Shown: one piece after another, positions 22,900 to 34,600 of the stretch
How the letters are laid out: each line of letters starts with the position of its first letter
Position numbering within the stretch: the first letter of the stretch is position 1
IMG/VR virus record: IMGVR_UViG_2718218131_000011
Span: 1 to 64,000 of that record
Direction: 5' to 3' (one strand)
Origin: a virus
Taxonomy: Duplodnaviria > Heunggongvirae > Uroviricota > Caudoviricetes
Length of the DNA stretch: 64,000 nt
Position numbers and translations under genes: made by a program
Notes under the pieces: model-generated
Seen by the model: the letters and a program-made list of their open reading frames with translations, nothing else
Database searches by the model: none
Told to the model about the DNA's origin: nothing

Positions 22900-25876
22900 T
22901 ATTTAGCTCCTTTGCCACACCTAATAACAGTTCCAGCAATCCGTCACCATTCATCAGTGATGCGGCAGCGGCCTCTTTGTCATGATACAACTGAAGAGCC
23001 ATAGAGAATACTTCCGTTGCTGATGTTTTTGAAATAGTCGGTGCTTTCTGCCGAATTTTCCCGGAGTTACTCACTGAGGCTGGCGGGTATACCTTCGCCA
23101 TATAAATATTACTCAATCGAGATCTGAAGCACCATTCAGGCTTGCCACGCCCACCGATATTAACGAAAGATGGCTTATCCCCTTCAACATTGGCCTTCAG
23201 GAATGACCGGGCTTTCTCTAACAAACCAGGGTTACTGTACTCAAGATGATGACCCAGCTCGTGCCACAGTGCACTTGCATTTTCATCGTTCAAATTGACA
23301 GCAACAACACCATTAAGATTTGCATATGCCCTTCCCTGGTGGTGAACCACCTTTGATAAGGTCGAAATTTTACCGCCGGTCAGGCGATAAATATCAGCAA
23401 GTTCCTTGCGCAGGTCTATCCCACCATTCTGTCCAGCGCGGGCTTCTTCCACTTCTTCCGTGATAAAAGAGTCGGCCCACTCAAGAGCTTTTTCTTCAGA
23501 TACGGATGAGTTTGCGATCGCACTGTTCATGGCAGATAACACTTTCTCGTGGACCGAACCCATACTTCGCTGATTCATTTGCCAGCGTGTCTGCGGGTTA
23601 TATGAGAATCGCTTAAGTAGTTGGTCAAGCTGCTCAAGTTCTTCTTCACTGACATACCTTTTAGCCTCACCAATAATGCCAGGGAGAATATTGCCGTTAG
23701 GATTAAACGCTCGCGAAAGGAAGAGTTTCAGCGCCCCCATGCCCTCCGATGCTTCAATATCACCAATAACCCGGTTAACAATGGCCGCACTCTTCGGATT
23801 AGCATCCGCCAACCCTCTGGCTACAATTTGCAGGGACGATACGACCTCACGCTGCATATCCGTCCTGATCTCATCAATAAACTCTGGCGTTATGCCGTGC
23901 TCTTTAAGGATATCCCTGCCTTCCGCCGTTACCCCATCGATATCACCGACATGTTTATTAACCCGACTTTGCAATGCCTTAAATGCCTTCAGAATTCCAC
24001 GGGCATCATCCGCTTTACTAACGGCCTTCCTGAATGCTGGCAAGAAGTCTGAGTTAACCTCATTTTGTTGATCGGCCCACTGAATGGAGGCTTCTTTCAT
24101 CTCGTCCAGAGTCAGATCACCCAACGCAGTATGGTCTGTGAATATGAGCGACAACCTCTGAACCATTTCTGCCAATGGTGATGCCGAATGCGCCGCGCTA
24201 AGGAATGCTTTCACCCTGGTTGGGCGAATGGAAAACCAGTCAATAGCTGGTGGCATATCTCCGTTTTTTATCGCCTGCGCTATCTCGTCAAAGCCATCGC
24301 GCCCAAGGGAGGATGCGTGATTTAACAAGCCGCGAAGTAACGAATTGCTGATACCGAATAATCGGCACCATTTTTTCACGTCGGCAACAGGCATTCGAAC
24401 AAAATGCGCAAGCACTTGTACAAGCTGTTCATCCTGGGGATCTGTACGGGAAAGCAGCCTGATCAGATGAATAATGTCTTTGATGCCGGATGCCCGATGT
24501 AATAGCAAACTGGTATATGGAGCAACACCGTTGTAACTACCGCCGGAAACGGACTCGAAAAGACCGCCGGATATCCCTTGCATGCCTTCGTTTTCCAGTT
24601 CCTGAGACACCTGGCGAAGGATATCCTGTAACGACACATCACCACCACCAAACATATCCCCCAGCGCCTGGCCCTGGTGCTGTAACTCATCATTGATACG
24701 TTGAGCCATCAATTTAAAAGCGGTGGCCATACGCTTCGCGCTACGGTTATTCGCGACGATGAACAACGCGAGAGCTTTCACTTCCGGGGCTGTTTCGCTG
24801 AACATATCCCCCTGAGCAATAACATCGGTAATATGTTGGCCTGACTCCTTCGATTGCCTTACCAGGTCTACCGCATCTTTCAATGCCGCCAGCGCCTTTT
24901 TATCGAGGCTATCCGCTGTCTCAATGCCATCAACAATAGTTGTCACAGCCTGCTTGTGCGCTTCTCCTGATAAAGCCTGCATCTGGACAAAATCATTGGC
25001 TGCCGCATTAAGCGCCGTCAGAACATTACGCATATCCGGATCAGCTTCTTCTGCAACCATCCTTACCAGGCGCGCATCCTTATATGCCTTGGCAAAGATC
25101 GCGTTTTGTATACGGTCTACAAGTTGCCGTGTTGGTCGCCCATCTTCCGTTACAAGGCCAGCAGCCTGTGTGGCACCAACTTGCGTCATGAATCCGCGAA
25201 TAAACGCGTCATTACTGCGGCTAAGCAGATCTCCGCTTTCTGATGGGTTAAACAGCGCCATCATCGCCGGAGTTATGCTGTCAGCATCAACAAAAGCCTT
25301 TTCACTGGCTGCCATTTCCTGAAGATCAGAAATATTTGAGTCCTTGGCAAACTGAACGCGGTCAACCTTAGTTAACCGGCGGCGCACCAGTACCGGAGCC
25401 GCCATTGATTCAACCTTTTCAGGTCGTATGCCGAATTCGGTCGCATGATCAATCAGGTACTCACGATACCGATCCGCATTGCCGTCCTGATAGGCTTTGA
25501 TGATCCCCATGGTCCGTCCATTACCTGACTCAACGGCATTGTCCTCACCAATTATCGGCGCGCCATGGCTGGATAAACCGGAATCGGTAAGCTGGGCAGG
25601 ACGCAAATCCTTGGATATCTGGTTGACCTGAAGAAGACTGGATGCGCGGGTCCGGTCGCGCGGCTGAAGTTCCTGGGGATAGTCAGGGTTAATTTTCCCG
25701 TCCAGAGTATTGGATACCAAAAGAGCTGAGGCATCGACGATATCAAACGCTGTTTTTACCTCGTCTCCCTTCGCTGTCACCACATACGAAACCCGCCCGT
25801 AATTGGGCAGGTTTTTTAGCAGCTCGATCAGCGTTTCTATGCTGGTGGCCATTACCACCTGATCGCTTAAGCTCAT
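22889..25876 (-). CDS. ddrB: DdrB-like antirestriction-associated protein
   Basis: 995-aa ORF in the darA operon; name by size and synteny. Confidence 0.6.
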   Translation of the reverse strand: MSLSDQVVMATSIETLIELLKNLPNYGRVSYVVTAKGDEVKTAFDIVDASALLVSNTLDGKINPDYPQELQPRDRTRASSLLQVNQISKDLRPAQLTDSGLSSHGAPIIGEDNAVESGNGRTMGIIKAYQDGNADRYREYLIDHATEFGIRPEKVESMAAPVLVRRRLTKVDRVQFAKDSNISDLQEMAASEKAFVDADSITPAMMALFNPSESGDLLSRSNDAFIRGFMTQVGATQAAGLVTEDGRPTRQLVDRIQNAIFAKAYKDARLVRMVAEEADPDMRNVLTALNAAANDFVQMQALSGEAHKQAVTTIVDGIETADSLDKKALAALKDAVDLVRQSKESGQHITDVIAQGDMFSETAPEVKALALFIVANNRSAKRMATAFKLMAQRINDELQHQGQALGDMFGGGDVSLQDILRQVSQELENEGMQGISGGLFESVSGGSYNGVAPYTSLLLHRASGIKDIIHLIRLLSRTDPQDEQLVQVLAHFVRMPVADVKKWCRLFGISNSLLRGLLNHASSLGRDGFDEIAQAIKNGDMPPAIDWFSIRPTRVKAFLSAAHSASPLAEMVQRLSLIFTDHTALGDLTLDEMKEASIQWADQQNEVNSDFLPAFRKAVSKADDARGILKAFKALQSRVNKHVGDIDGVTAEGRDILKEHGITPEFIDEIRTDMQREVVSSLQIVARGLADANPKSAAIVNRVIGDIEASEGMGALKLFLSRAFNPNGNILPGIIGEAKRYVSEEELEQLDQLLKRFSYNPQTRWQMNQRSMGSVHEKVLSAMNSAIANSSVSEEKALEWADSFITEEVEEARAGQNGGIDLRKELADIYRLTGGKISTLSKVVHHQGRAYANLNGVVAVNLNDENASALWHELGHHLEYSNPGLLEKARSFLKANVEGDKPSFVNIGGRGKPEWCFRSRLSNIYMAKVYPPASVSNSGKIRQKAPTISKTSATEVFSMALQLYHDKEAAAASLMNGDGLLELLLGVAKELNNAD

Positions 25877-25888
25877 CCCTGTTACGCC

Positions 25889-26254
25889 TTATTCTGCCTC
25901 TTTAATGTTGGCGGCTATCCATGCCGCCGTGTGCTGTTTAACCTGGTCCAGGTCGATGTATGTGCCAACATATTGACTCAAGTCCTGTAACGTACCGATA
26001 AATGCATCAGTGCTCTGATCGACGAATTTATCAGCCAGGAAATCAGCAACCAGTTTTGGCACACCATCATGTACCGAAGGTTGTTTTTCCTCGCCACTAC
26101 CGCTGCCGGACGCGCCGTACCCCATCTGTTGCATGATCTGGTCAATTTCATCGCTGATATCCAGCAACTCCATGCCACTCGCGGTCGCCGCTTTGGACAT
26201 TAGAGCATCCAACTTATCGCTGAGATCCATTAACTCAATAGCTGATAGTGTCAT
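25889..26254 (-). CDS. DdrA-like small acidic protein
   Basis: 121-aa ORF between the darA-like and ddrB-like genes. Confidence 0.5.
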   Translation of the reverse strand: MTLSAIELMDLSDKLDALMSKAATASGMELLDISDEIDQIMQQMGYGASGSGSGEEKQPSVHDGVPKLVADFLADKFVDQSTDAFIGTLQDLSQYVGTYIDLDQVKQHTAAWIAANIKEAE

Positions 26255-28170
26255 GCCGCTACCCCCGCTTTCTGGATTGCTACCAACAGATCAGCCAGGT
26301 GGCGAGCTGCGCCGTTAACCAGCTCTTCGTTTTCCTCAAAACGTTCGGCAGCCTGAAGGGATGCAATCGCTTCCCGGACATTGCCCCGGGCGTTACGGAT
26401 CTCCGCCATGTCAGTGCTTTGCATATCCATCACGTTATTGAGATATTCAATGGCTTTATTAGCCTCTGCATCTGCTTCGCTAACCGTTTCATCAGGCTGT
26501 GCCGGGGCCGGTTCTGGCTGAGTAATCTCACCGACTTCGGCCTGCAATGCATTGATCATGCTCTGCAACATTTTCTCGGTGCCAGCGCCACCCGGAAACG
26601 CAATATTGGGGAAAGTTTTTTGAAACTGAGTTTTCAGCATTACGCGGAACTCGTCTGGTGAGCTGGTGGCCAGCTCCAGAGCTTTTTGTGCATATTTGCC
26701 AAACGGACCATTAGTAAGTGTCTTCGCCAGGAAGTCGAAAGAATCCTCGCGAGGCAATAACTTCAGGTCGTACTCACTCATTTGCTGATCAGAAAGCGGG
26801 GTATCATAAGTAGCAATGCCGTAGCGTGCATATTCATAATACGGATCACCTTCATCAGGGCGCGGCAGAATTGCTTTGTTACCTTCAGGTATTGCGCCAG
26901 GGGCCGCCGGACGCATTTGCAGAGCATATCGATATGCACCTACAGAGACTTCTGGTTCAGGCGAAGAGCTACCGGTATCCTCCGCTGGTTCAGGTTCGAC
27001 GTTTTCCGGTTTATGTTCTTCTGGTTGGACCAGATATTCCGATACATTACCCGCTTTATAGGCTTTAAACAGCTTGCCGATTGCATCTGCCATGTCCACA
27101 CCCTGTATGGATTTAGCCTTGATCATATATACGCTGCCATCCGGATCGGTTAACTGGATATACCCTTCGCCATCCCCAATGAATTGCTTCATTGATGCAC
27201 CATTACTGAGCGTCGCTTCACCGTCCATATGCATGCGATTTTTGATACTGGCAAGGCGATCCGTCAACGCGCGTGAGTGCCCACCAGTTATTGTCACTGG
27301 AGCAATGGTATCGCGCCCACCTGTTCGATTGAGCTGATCAATCTCCGTCTGCAAACGCTCATTCTCTTCATAAAGAGAATCCGCTTCCGATGCAACAGCG
27401 TTAATTTTCTGCTCCAGATCTGCCTTCTGCCCTTCTACCGCTGCCACCTGATCCGCGAGGTCGCTCATGGCATCCTCTTTCTGGTCACTGTCAGCCTGTA
27501 GTTGGGTTATTTCATCAACAAGGGCTTTTTTCTTCTTCTGCGCACGCTGGAATTTTGCCGAGTTTTTCTCTGCAAGGTTGGCAAGTTTCATGGTGACCTG
27601 CGCCAGCGTCATATCACGTCCACTCATCGGAGCAACGGTGTGAGTAACGTCTTTTTTATTCAGTAAGAACTGGAAAGCAACCAGCGTATCGCTATTGGTG
27701 ATCCGGTTTTCCGCTGTCGGGCTATGAAACAGAATGCTGATAGTCTGACCATCACTGAGCGGAATAATGGCTGGCAGGACTGGCAGCCCGTTAACGTTAC
27801 GTGCCCGGCCAATTTCAGCGCCGCCGATCGCGCGCGCGCCGCTCTGGGCCACATCCCCCGTTTTATCACTCCCCGCAGAGATTCCAGTACCATTCAGCTT
27901 CTGGTTCAATGCCCGGACAAATGCCTGCATGGTCCGGTGTAACTGCAAACGAGTAGAACTAATCGCCTCCAGTAAATCCGTAGCACACCAGTGGATCGGC
28001 GTGTCATAGAAGAACGTAGCCTCGATTTCCTCCAGGGTGTTGGATTCCGTCATCAGATAGCGGTCCTCACCGGCCATTAATGCGCGATATTCATCATCAG
28101 TCACTGGCGGGGGAAGCACGTCAAGCCCAGGTTTGATCGTCACCCCTTTATTGATATTGAACTGTTCCAT
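26251..28170 (-). CDS. darA: DarA-like antirestriction protein
   Basis: 639-aa ORF in an operon headed by holin/antiholin-like genes, as in the P1 darA operon. Confidence 0.65.
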   Translation of the reverse strand: MEQFNINKGVTIKPGLDVLPPPVTDDEYRALMAGEDRYLMTESNTLEEIEATFFYDTPIHWCATDLLEAISSTRLQLHRTMQAFVRALNQKLNGTGISAGSDKTGDVAQSGARAIGGAEIGRARNVNGLPVLPAIIPLSDGQTISILFHSPTAENRITNSDTLVAFQFLLNKKDVTHTVAPMSGRDMTLAQVTMKLANLAEKNSAKFQRAQKKKKALVDEITQLQADSDQKEDAMSDLADQVAAVEGQKADLEQKINAVASEADSLYEENERLQTEIDQLNRTGGRDTIAPVTITGGHSRALTDRLASIKNRMHMDGEATLSNGASMKQFIGDGEGYIQLTDPDGSVYMIKAKSIQGVDMADAIGKLFKAYKAGNVSEYLVQPEEHKPENVEPEPAEDTGSSSPEPEVSVGAYRYALQMRPAAPGAIPEGNKAILPRPDEGDPYYEYARYGIATYDTPLSDQQMSEYDLKLLPREDSFDFLAKTLTNGPFGKYAQKALELATSSPDEFRVMLKTQFQKTFPNIAFPGGAGTEKMLQSMINALQAEVGEITQPEPAPAQPDETVSEADAEANKAIEYLNNVMDMQSTDMAEIRNARGNVREAIASLQAAERFEENEELVNGAARHLADLLVAIQKAGVAA

Positions 28171-28171
28171 G

Positions 28172-28783
28172 TTAATTTCCTGCTTTCAGTTGCTTAAGAC
28201 GGCGTTTGAGTTCGCCATTCCGTGCCTTTTCGTTATTGAGTCGGCCTGTCTCCTTATCCAGCTTCGCCCGCAAATCAGTGATCTGCTGTTGAGTGAAAGA
28301 CACCGAGTTCTGCGCTGATTTATAAGCGGCAACCACCTGAGCATTCCGCTGTTTTGCTTCTTGCAGGCGCTGAAAGTTGGATTTAACTGCCGGTTTCTTG
28401 TCTACCGGATTGGCAACACGCTTCGCTTTGGCGGTCAGTGATTTCTGGAATTTTGCGGAGTTTTTGCGGGCCGCCTGTCCCATGACGGTACCAAGCGTCT
28501 TGATATCCGGCGACTGAGCGTTAGGAATAGCTTTTCCATTCAGTTTCACAGACGATATATCGCCAGTATCGTTTACCTGTATGGCAAGAATTTGTCCGTC
28601 GTTAAGAACCAGCTTTGCGGTTTTAACTTTAACGCCATCTTTCGTTGTTGCGCGGTTGCTGGAGTCAACCTCAATTACCGTAACCCCGGTTTTATTGATC
28701 GCCGCGATAAGGGATTTCAGCCCCTTTTCATTAACCTGGTCAAAATCGACCGTTGCATACTTATTTTTCGTCATCTGACACAT
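28172..28783 (-). CDS. Hdf-like protein
   Basis: 203-aa ORF between the lydB-like and darA-like genes; name by synteny. Confidence 0.5.
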   Translation of the reverse strand: MCQMTKNKYATVDFDQVNEKGLKSLIAAINKTGVTVIEVDSSNRATTKDGVKVKTAKLVLNDGQILAIQVNDTGDISSVKLNGKAIPNAQSPDIKTLGTVMGQAARKNSAKFQKSLTAKAKRVANPVDKKPAVKSNFQRLQEAKQRNAQVVAAYKSAQNSVSFTQQQITDLRAKLDKETGRLNNEKARNGELKRRLKQLKAGN

Positions 28784-29204
28784 CCTGTGCGAGATTTATT
28801 ACGTAACTTCTGCGGATTTGCTGAGTAACAGGGAAAATCCGATACAACGGGTTAATGAACGAGTCACCATGCGTAACCATGACGTTGAAATGCCACAGCC
28901 GTTCTCCTTTACCCATATATTCAGTGGGTATGTACAACCATTCACTGTTTTCGCCCTGTTCAGCCGACGTCAGACAACGTTGTTCGCCTTCAATCACTGT
29001 CGTTGGCTTCTGAACATCGCGGATCCAATATCTGACCGTTGCGCCGCGCAAAAACGGGAATTTAGACCGGTATTTGAACGGCACCCGGATGAAGCCCTGT
29101 TTAATTTCCACATCACCAAGTTCTAAATGCGTGATGTCCTTGCGTTTTAGCAAATAGCGATCGGCTAAGGCTAACGCAAGAACGCATACACCCCAGCCAA
29201 TCAT
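28761..29204 (-). CDS. LydB-like antiholin
   Basis: 147-aa ORF directly downstream of the holin-like gene. Confidence 0.5.
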   Translation of the reverse strand: MIGWGVCVLALALADRYLLKRKDITHLELGDVEIKQGFIRVPFKYRSKFPFLRGATVRYWIRDVQKPTTVIEGEQRCLTSAEQGENSEWLYIPTEYMGKGERLWHFNVMVTHGDSFINPLYRIFPVTQQIRRSYVINLAQDVSDDEK

Positions 29205-29530
29205 TTCCCACCTCCCTTTTTCACCAAACTTGTAAGAACATTCAGAATGCTATCGATATTCACTCGTTTCATCCCTGAAATCACCTCATGACCGTTATTG
29301 CTGGCTATCGTTACCATTAAGTACGTAATTGATAACTCCCAGCCCTCGTGTTGCCCCAATAGGTACGCCACCGCGCCAGCTGTCACTGCAACAAAGATCT
29401 CCGTAACCAATCCCAACAAATTGCCAGACTGGCGACCATCTCGGACATCCATCAGGAACGTGCCTATCCCACCAATTACTGAAAGCAGGAGCGCAATAGC
29501 AACTGGAGCTAATTCCTGTGTGTCAAGCAC
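29201..29530 (-). CDS. LydA-like holin
   Basis: 109 aa with hydrophobic helices (APVAIALLLSVIGGIGTFL, IFVAVTAGAVAYLL) and a charged C-terminus. Confidence 0.6.
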   Translation of the reverse strand: MLDTQELAPVAIALLLSVIGGIGTFLMDVRDGRQSGNLLGLVTEIFVAVTAGAVAYLLGQHEGWELSITYLMVTIASNNGHEVISGMKRVNIDSILNVLTSLVKKGGGK

Positions 29531-29599
29531 AAGTTCCCTCCTACGTTGTCAGGAGGTAATGGTATGCAAAGTAACTTCTCAACCGGTCATGTTGCTTGA

Positions 29600-29631
29600 C
29601 ATCCTCCACGTCCTTTAGAGCGTGGAGGATG
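29600..29631. repeat. Perfect 11-bp inverted repeat hairpin immediately before the intron-like segment
   Basis: CATCCTCCACG-10 nt-CGTGGAGGATG seen directly in the sequence. Confidence 0.7.
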
Positions 29632-29632
29632 T

Positions 29633-30430
29633 GTGCGCCCAGCATGGGCGCGATCTTGGAGGTGAAAGCCCTCCCGCGAGCTGACCACAGCGAGCGAAAT
29701 GAAGTGCAACTGCGTGAGGGCGACCGGGCGTGGGGAGGAAGCACGGAATGAACCCGTGAGCCGATGAACGAGAATCGGATATGAGGCGCGATGGAGCAAG
29801 GCGAGCAGGCACATCACTGCGAAGCTTTCGTGGTCAAGTCGAAGTCGCGCAGATCCGACGGTTGTGCGGGGAAGGATCGCGTTCTTACCTGGGGAGTTCT
29901 CGCCTCATGCCTGAAAGGGCAACGTCGTAAGACGGAGCGAGAAGTCAGCAGAGGCCGTAGTAGTCAGGACTCCGACGAAGGGCCGAACGAGAAGGAAAGC
30001 CAGAAGATATGACTCTTGACAGGACATTGCGTCAGAAGCCGGGGAAGCCCGGTACGGACCCGCATGCCGGGTGGTGTGGCAGGGGCGCAGCCCTTGTGCT
30101 CCCCCCTATGCCGATCAAGCAGAACATTGTGCTGGGCCTCTGACGCAGCTCCTTGATGGTCTTGGCATCGTGCTTAAGTGGATTGGTGTCGTCCCTGATA
30201 GGATCATGGAGGCAGAATGAAACTCAAAAATCCGGGATAGCACGCAAAACAGGCTGCACAAAAAGCGCAGGTTGCGTAGGAGTGAAATCCCGCTCCCAAA
30301 AAATGGTGCAGAAGTTGCGGCAGTGGTCATCCGACGCACTGGAAAATAACAAACCCGCCGTGACCAGAATCGGAGGCCTGAGGGAGTGACCGAAAAACCG
30401 GACAACCCAGGCAGCAAATACCCGCTGGAT
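29633..30430 (+). mobile_element. 5' fragment of a group II intron, no intact reverse transcriptase
   Basis: Begins GTGCGCCCAG (GUGYG boundary); purine-rich, GC-rich, no long ORF; motifs AGCACGG, CGATGA, AATCGGATATGAGG and CGTAGTAGTC resemble domain I-III strings of bacterial introns such as Ll.LtrB (recalled); short ORF at 30153-30389 may be a degenerate maturase start. Confidence 0.5.
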
Positions 30431-30535
30431 GAGGCATGGTTCCGGCAGATAATACCGAAAACCGCCAGACACACTGGATAATCAGTAGAAATAATCCATT
30501 AAAGTTATTATAATAATTGGTCACATTATTATATT

Positions 30536-31099
30536 ATGCTGAACAATAGAAATATGACTATTAATGAACTTAAAGACTGTATTCACTATGAAGTAATTGG
30601 TAGCGAGCGTCCTTTCTCTTGGCGAAAAGCAATTGTTCGCGCAATAAAACATAGAAGAGTTCGTTATTTATTTTGGTGGCGCATATCAAAATATCTTTTT
30701 GATAAAGGCGGATACAGGCGAAAGGTTGCAGGGAAAATAGAACGCTTCATTCTTGACAAATACAATGTAACCGTTCCCTTAACGGTAAATATAGGGAAAG
30801 GGTTTGACATATCTTATCTCAATGGCGTTGTTATCGCTCACAAAGTCACAATCGGTGAAAATTGTTCAATTAAGCCCGGAGTAACTATTGGACTTCGCGG
30901 GGAATTTAATGACATGGATATTGTTATAGGAGATAATGTGACCATTGGTTGTAATGCCACCATTCTTGGTGGCAAAGTGCGTATAGGAAACAATGTCACA
31001 ATAGGTGCTCATGCATTGGTATTGCATGATATTCCTGATGATTCAACATTCATCACTAAATTTCAGTCTGAAGTTATCTGCTCGTCCTCCCGCACATAA
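30536..31099 (+). CDS. Hexapeptide-repeat (left-handed beta-helix) acetyltransferase, WcaB/CysE-like
   Basis: 187 aa with tandem hexapeptide repeats [19 protein letters not shown]...[34 protein letters not shown]; AT-rich; own AT-rich upstream region. Confidence 0.8.
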   Translation: MLNNRNMTINELKDCIHYEVIGSERPFSWRKAIVRAIKHRRVRYLFWWRISKYLFDKGGYRRKVAGKIERFILDKYNVTVPLTVNIGKGFDISYLNGVVIAHKVTIGENCSIKPGVTIGLRGEFNDMDIVIGDNVTIGCNATILGGKVRIGNNVTIGAHALVLHDIPDDSTFITKFQSEVICSSSRT

Positions 31100-31680
31100 C
31101 CCTGATTCATCAGCTCTGGCCATACGATATCCGGAGCTGTACTGGTATCAATTCGACTCACTAATACTCTGTATTTTCTCCAGGAGTCCAGTTGTGAATT
31201 TTCCTCGTTTGTTGCTATTTCAAGATTAACTGCGTCCTGCAGAATTGCGATGTTATCTGTTGCCTCCTGGATCAACCTTGCCTTTTTCTCTTCCGCTTCC
31301 CGTATCCGAAACAGTTTTTCTGCTTCCTCATCCTTCACCCAGGATACGCCGTCCCACTTCTGATACTCCCCTGCTGGCGACAACCAGGTGACATTCTCTG
31401 GTAGCGGTCCGGGTTCAGAAATAAACAACGCGTCCCCCGATGCCACCTCATAGACCGTTTTACCACGATGGTCTTCAACAATATTCCACGATTCATTTTC
31501 ACTGTTGAAAACTGCCACAAAGCCAGTAGGAATTTCCGGTGGGGCGATATCTGTAGAATTAGCTGGCAGCCCTGTATGAGGTGGAATATATGCGTCATCT
31601 TCACCAATAAACTCATTAGTTCCGGCCAGCAGGTTATAAATTTTTACTGTACGTGATTGTTCACTCATTCTGAATGCCAT
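31063..31680 (-). CDS. Tail fibre assembly chaperone (U/Tfa family)
   Basis: 205-aa ORF immediately downstream of the tail fibre gene. Confidence 0.7.
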   Translation of the reverse strand: MAFRMSEQSRTVKIYNLLAGTNEFIGEDDAYIPPHTGLPANSTDIAPPEIPTGFVAVFNSENESWNIVEDHRGKTVYEVASGDALFISEPGPLPENVTWLSPAGEYQKWDGVSWVKDEEAEKLFRIREAEEKKARLIQEATDNIAILQDAVNLEIATNEENSQLDSWRKYRVLVSRIDTSTAPDIVWPELMNQGYVREDEQITSD

Positions 31681-34600
31681 TATGCAAGCCTCACAATATA
31701 ATTAAATGCGATGTTTTTAACGGTGTTTTCCGCGTTACCAGCAGCATTAACGGTGATGGTATGTCCATGTGAACCAATCGCAACAGAGTGCGTATGAGCG
31801 CCAATACCAACTGTATGTGCATGCGCCCCTGCACTTGCAGCAGTGCCTGATACTGAGTGGGTGTGTGCACCAGAAGAAGGCACTGTTCCATTCCCCACGA
31901 CCGTGCCACTTGATGAACCATCAAGCCAGTCGAAATTCATACCTCCACTGTTTGGTCTCCTTAATGGAACGGTATGAGTATGTGCGCCAGCACTATTTGC
32001 AGTACCAGATACATTGTGGGTATGTGCACCTGTGTTATTCGTTGGTTTAGTACCGTAATCAAACGACGATGTGGTTTTCGTCCCCAAATCCGTACTGGAT
32101 GCGCTGGCGCTGTGGGTGTGCGATTTAATGCCGTCCTGTTCCTGAGACAATACGGCACGACCACTGGCAGGTTTGCCCTTAATCGTCCAGCCACGCATAT
32201 CAGGGATCACGCCTGACGGATAAGCGGCTGCAAGTTTCGGGTAAGCAGATTTGTCAAAAGTCTGCCCCTGCATTAGGGCATAACCAGACGGAACGGTATC
32301 TGATGGCCACGGGATTGGTGCGCCGACTGGGTAGCTTTCTGGTGGAAGATTTTTCGAGGTATAAACTTCTGCCCAGTCTTCTTCAAAACCATAACCGTCT
32401 CTTGAAGAACGGTAGAACAGACCACCATTTCTGTAATGCGCCTTCATCTGCAATGTCCGGCAACTTCCGACTCCGGTATAGAAGTTAACCAGAATATAGC
32501 TGTCGCCAGAGCGGGTGACATTGTAAGCGCCTGATTCGGCATTCCAGGGAACGCCACCATCCGCATCGGCATATGTATCCGTTGCCCTTCTGGCAAAAGC
32601 AGCCACATGCGCGGCGGTTAAAGTGATATCAGTAGAACCATCAAATGGAACACCGGATATTTTTCTTGCAGTCTGAAGTTTTGTAGCAGTTGCAGCATTA
32701 CCGTTCAAACTACCATTGATGCCGCCAGTAACATTGAGTCCATTACCGATCGTAACAGCACCATTGGCATTGTTAATGATAAGCGGCCTTAACCTATTAT
32801 AGGTTCCTAGGCTGTTACCCGAATCGGTCAACATGAAATATGTGTTTGAACCATCGTTTCGGATAAAGAATCCGTAGTTTCCGTAGGCAATGCGCAGACC
32901 ATTCGCCGATTTGGAAATAATCTCGCCAGCAGCAGTTAATCCGCCAGTTAACGCTCCTCCAGATAGTGGTAAAGCTCCGACATCAGCCGCAGTAGGCTTG
33001 TTTTTAGTGTTATACGCTCTGCGCCATCCTGGTGAATAGCTCGTCCCGTTAAACACATAGACAAACTCCGCATTAGTGAGTGCGCCAGAGACACCTGTCG
33101 TTGTTGCCGTTGTTATACGAATCGTATAATTGTTTGAGCTACTGCCGTTATTAAATACCTCAATAACTGCGCCAGCCAGTGGAATAATGCCGCATCCTGT
33201 TTCGCTGTCTGGTATGGATGCACTATTTGCATACGCCCAGGCACAACGCGCTATCCATGCCTTTGCATTAAAAGCACCATTATCTCGTAGCAGAGTCACT
33301 AATTGCTCTGTTGTTATTGAAGCTCCATTATCACCTGTTACAAGCCAACCAGTAGGAGATGCCGGGCAACCAATATTTGCTGGTGACAGTGAAATATTCG
33401 CAGAACCGTCAAATGAAACCCCATTAATGGTACGCGCTGTTAGCAATTTGGTAGCCGTAGCTGCATTACCGGTTGTGTTCTGGTTACCAGCAATGTTTAC
33501 ACCCGGCAGATTGATATTGGCGGAGCCATCGAATGATACGCCGCCTATTGTGCGTGCTGTTTGCAGTTTTGTTGCAGTTGCAGCATTGCCAGTAGTGCTC
33601 TGATTACCTGTTTTATTCACACCTGGCAGGTCGATGTTTGCGGTACCATTAAATGAAACGCCACCAATGGTTCTTGCCGTTTGTAATTTCGTGGCAGACG
33701 CCGCATTTCCTGTTGTGTTCTGGTTGCCCGTTGTATTTACGCCCGGTATGGAGTCTTTCGATGTATAGACCTGTGCCCACTCAGACCATGCCGCATCTGT
33801 GTTATCTCTTCGGGAGCGAATGAAAACTGGCGCATGTGCACCGCTCGTACCACTCCAGCCAATAAGCAACTCGCCCTCACCAGCAGCACTCGCACCTTTC
33901 ATGTGCAATACGTTGCCATACGTGGTCGGGTAGCTATTGTTGTACGCCTCGTACATTTGAATGCCAGCAGTGCCTTGAGTAGAGCCGCTTAACGCCGTAA
34001 CTCGGCCACGAGATACCAATGTATTAATGTTGATATCGCCTGAGCCATCAAACTTAACACCGTTGATGTTTCTTGCCGTCGCAAGTTTTGTCGCGGTAGC
34101 AGCATTCCCCGTGGTGTTCTGGTTACCTGTTGTATTTACACCTGGAAGATTGATATTGGCCGAGCCATCAAATGCCACACCGCCAATCGTGCGTGCTGTT
34201 TTCAATTTCGTCGCGGTGTCGGCGTTCCCTGTCAGCGCCCCGGTGATCCCGCCGTTGAAAGTCTGGCGCGCACTCCATGTGTTAGCCGTGCTCAACAGGG
34301 GGATCTTTTCACCGCTGGTACCGAGTTCTCTTAAACCAAGGTATTGGATAACGGCCAGTGTGCTTGTTTTAGCCAGAATATCGCGACCGACTGACGTTAA
34401 ATCAGTCTGCGCTACCGTATCCTTACCAGTGAAATAAGGCAGTTTGTTTGCACCAGTCGCAAGGGCAGCGAGCGCGGTTAAAGTTGCATCCAGAGGCTGT
34501 TTGCCTGCCAGCGCATTTGTCATTGTTGTCGCAAAGTTCGGGTCATTGCCCAGTGCTGCTGCAAGCTCATTCAGAGTATCAAGAGCTTCAGGTGATGAGC

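Noticed and set aside
30153-30389. 78-aa ORF as an independent gene
   Set aside because: Lies inside the intron-like segment with no ribosome-binding site; more likely a degenerate remnant of the maturase N-terminus or non-coding.
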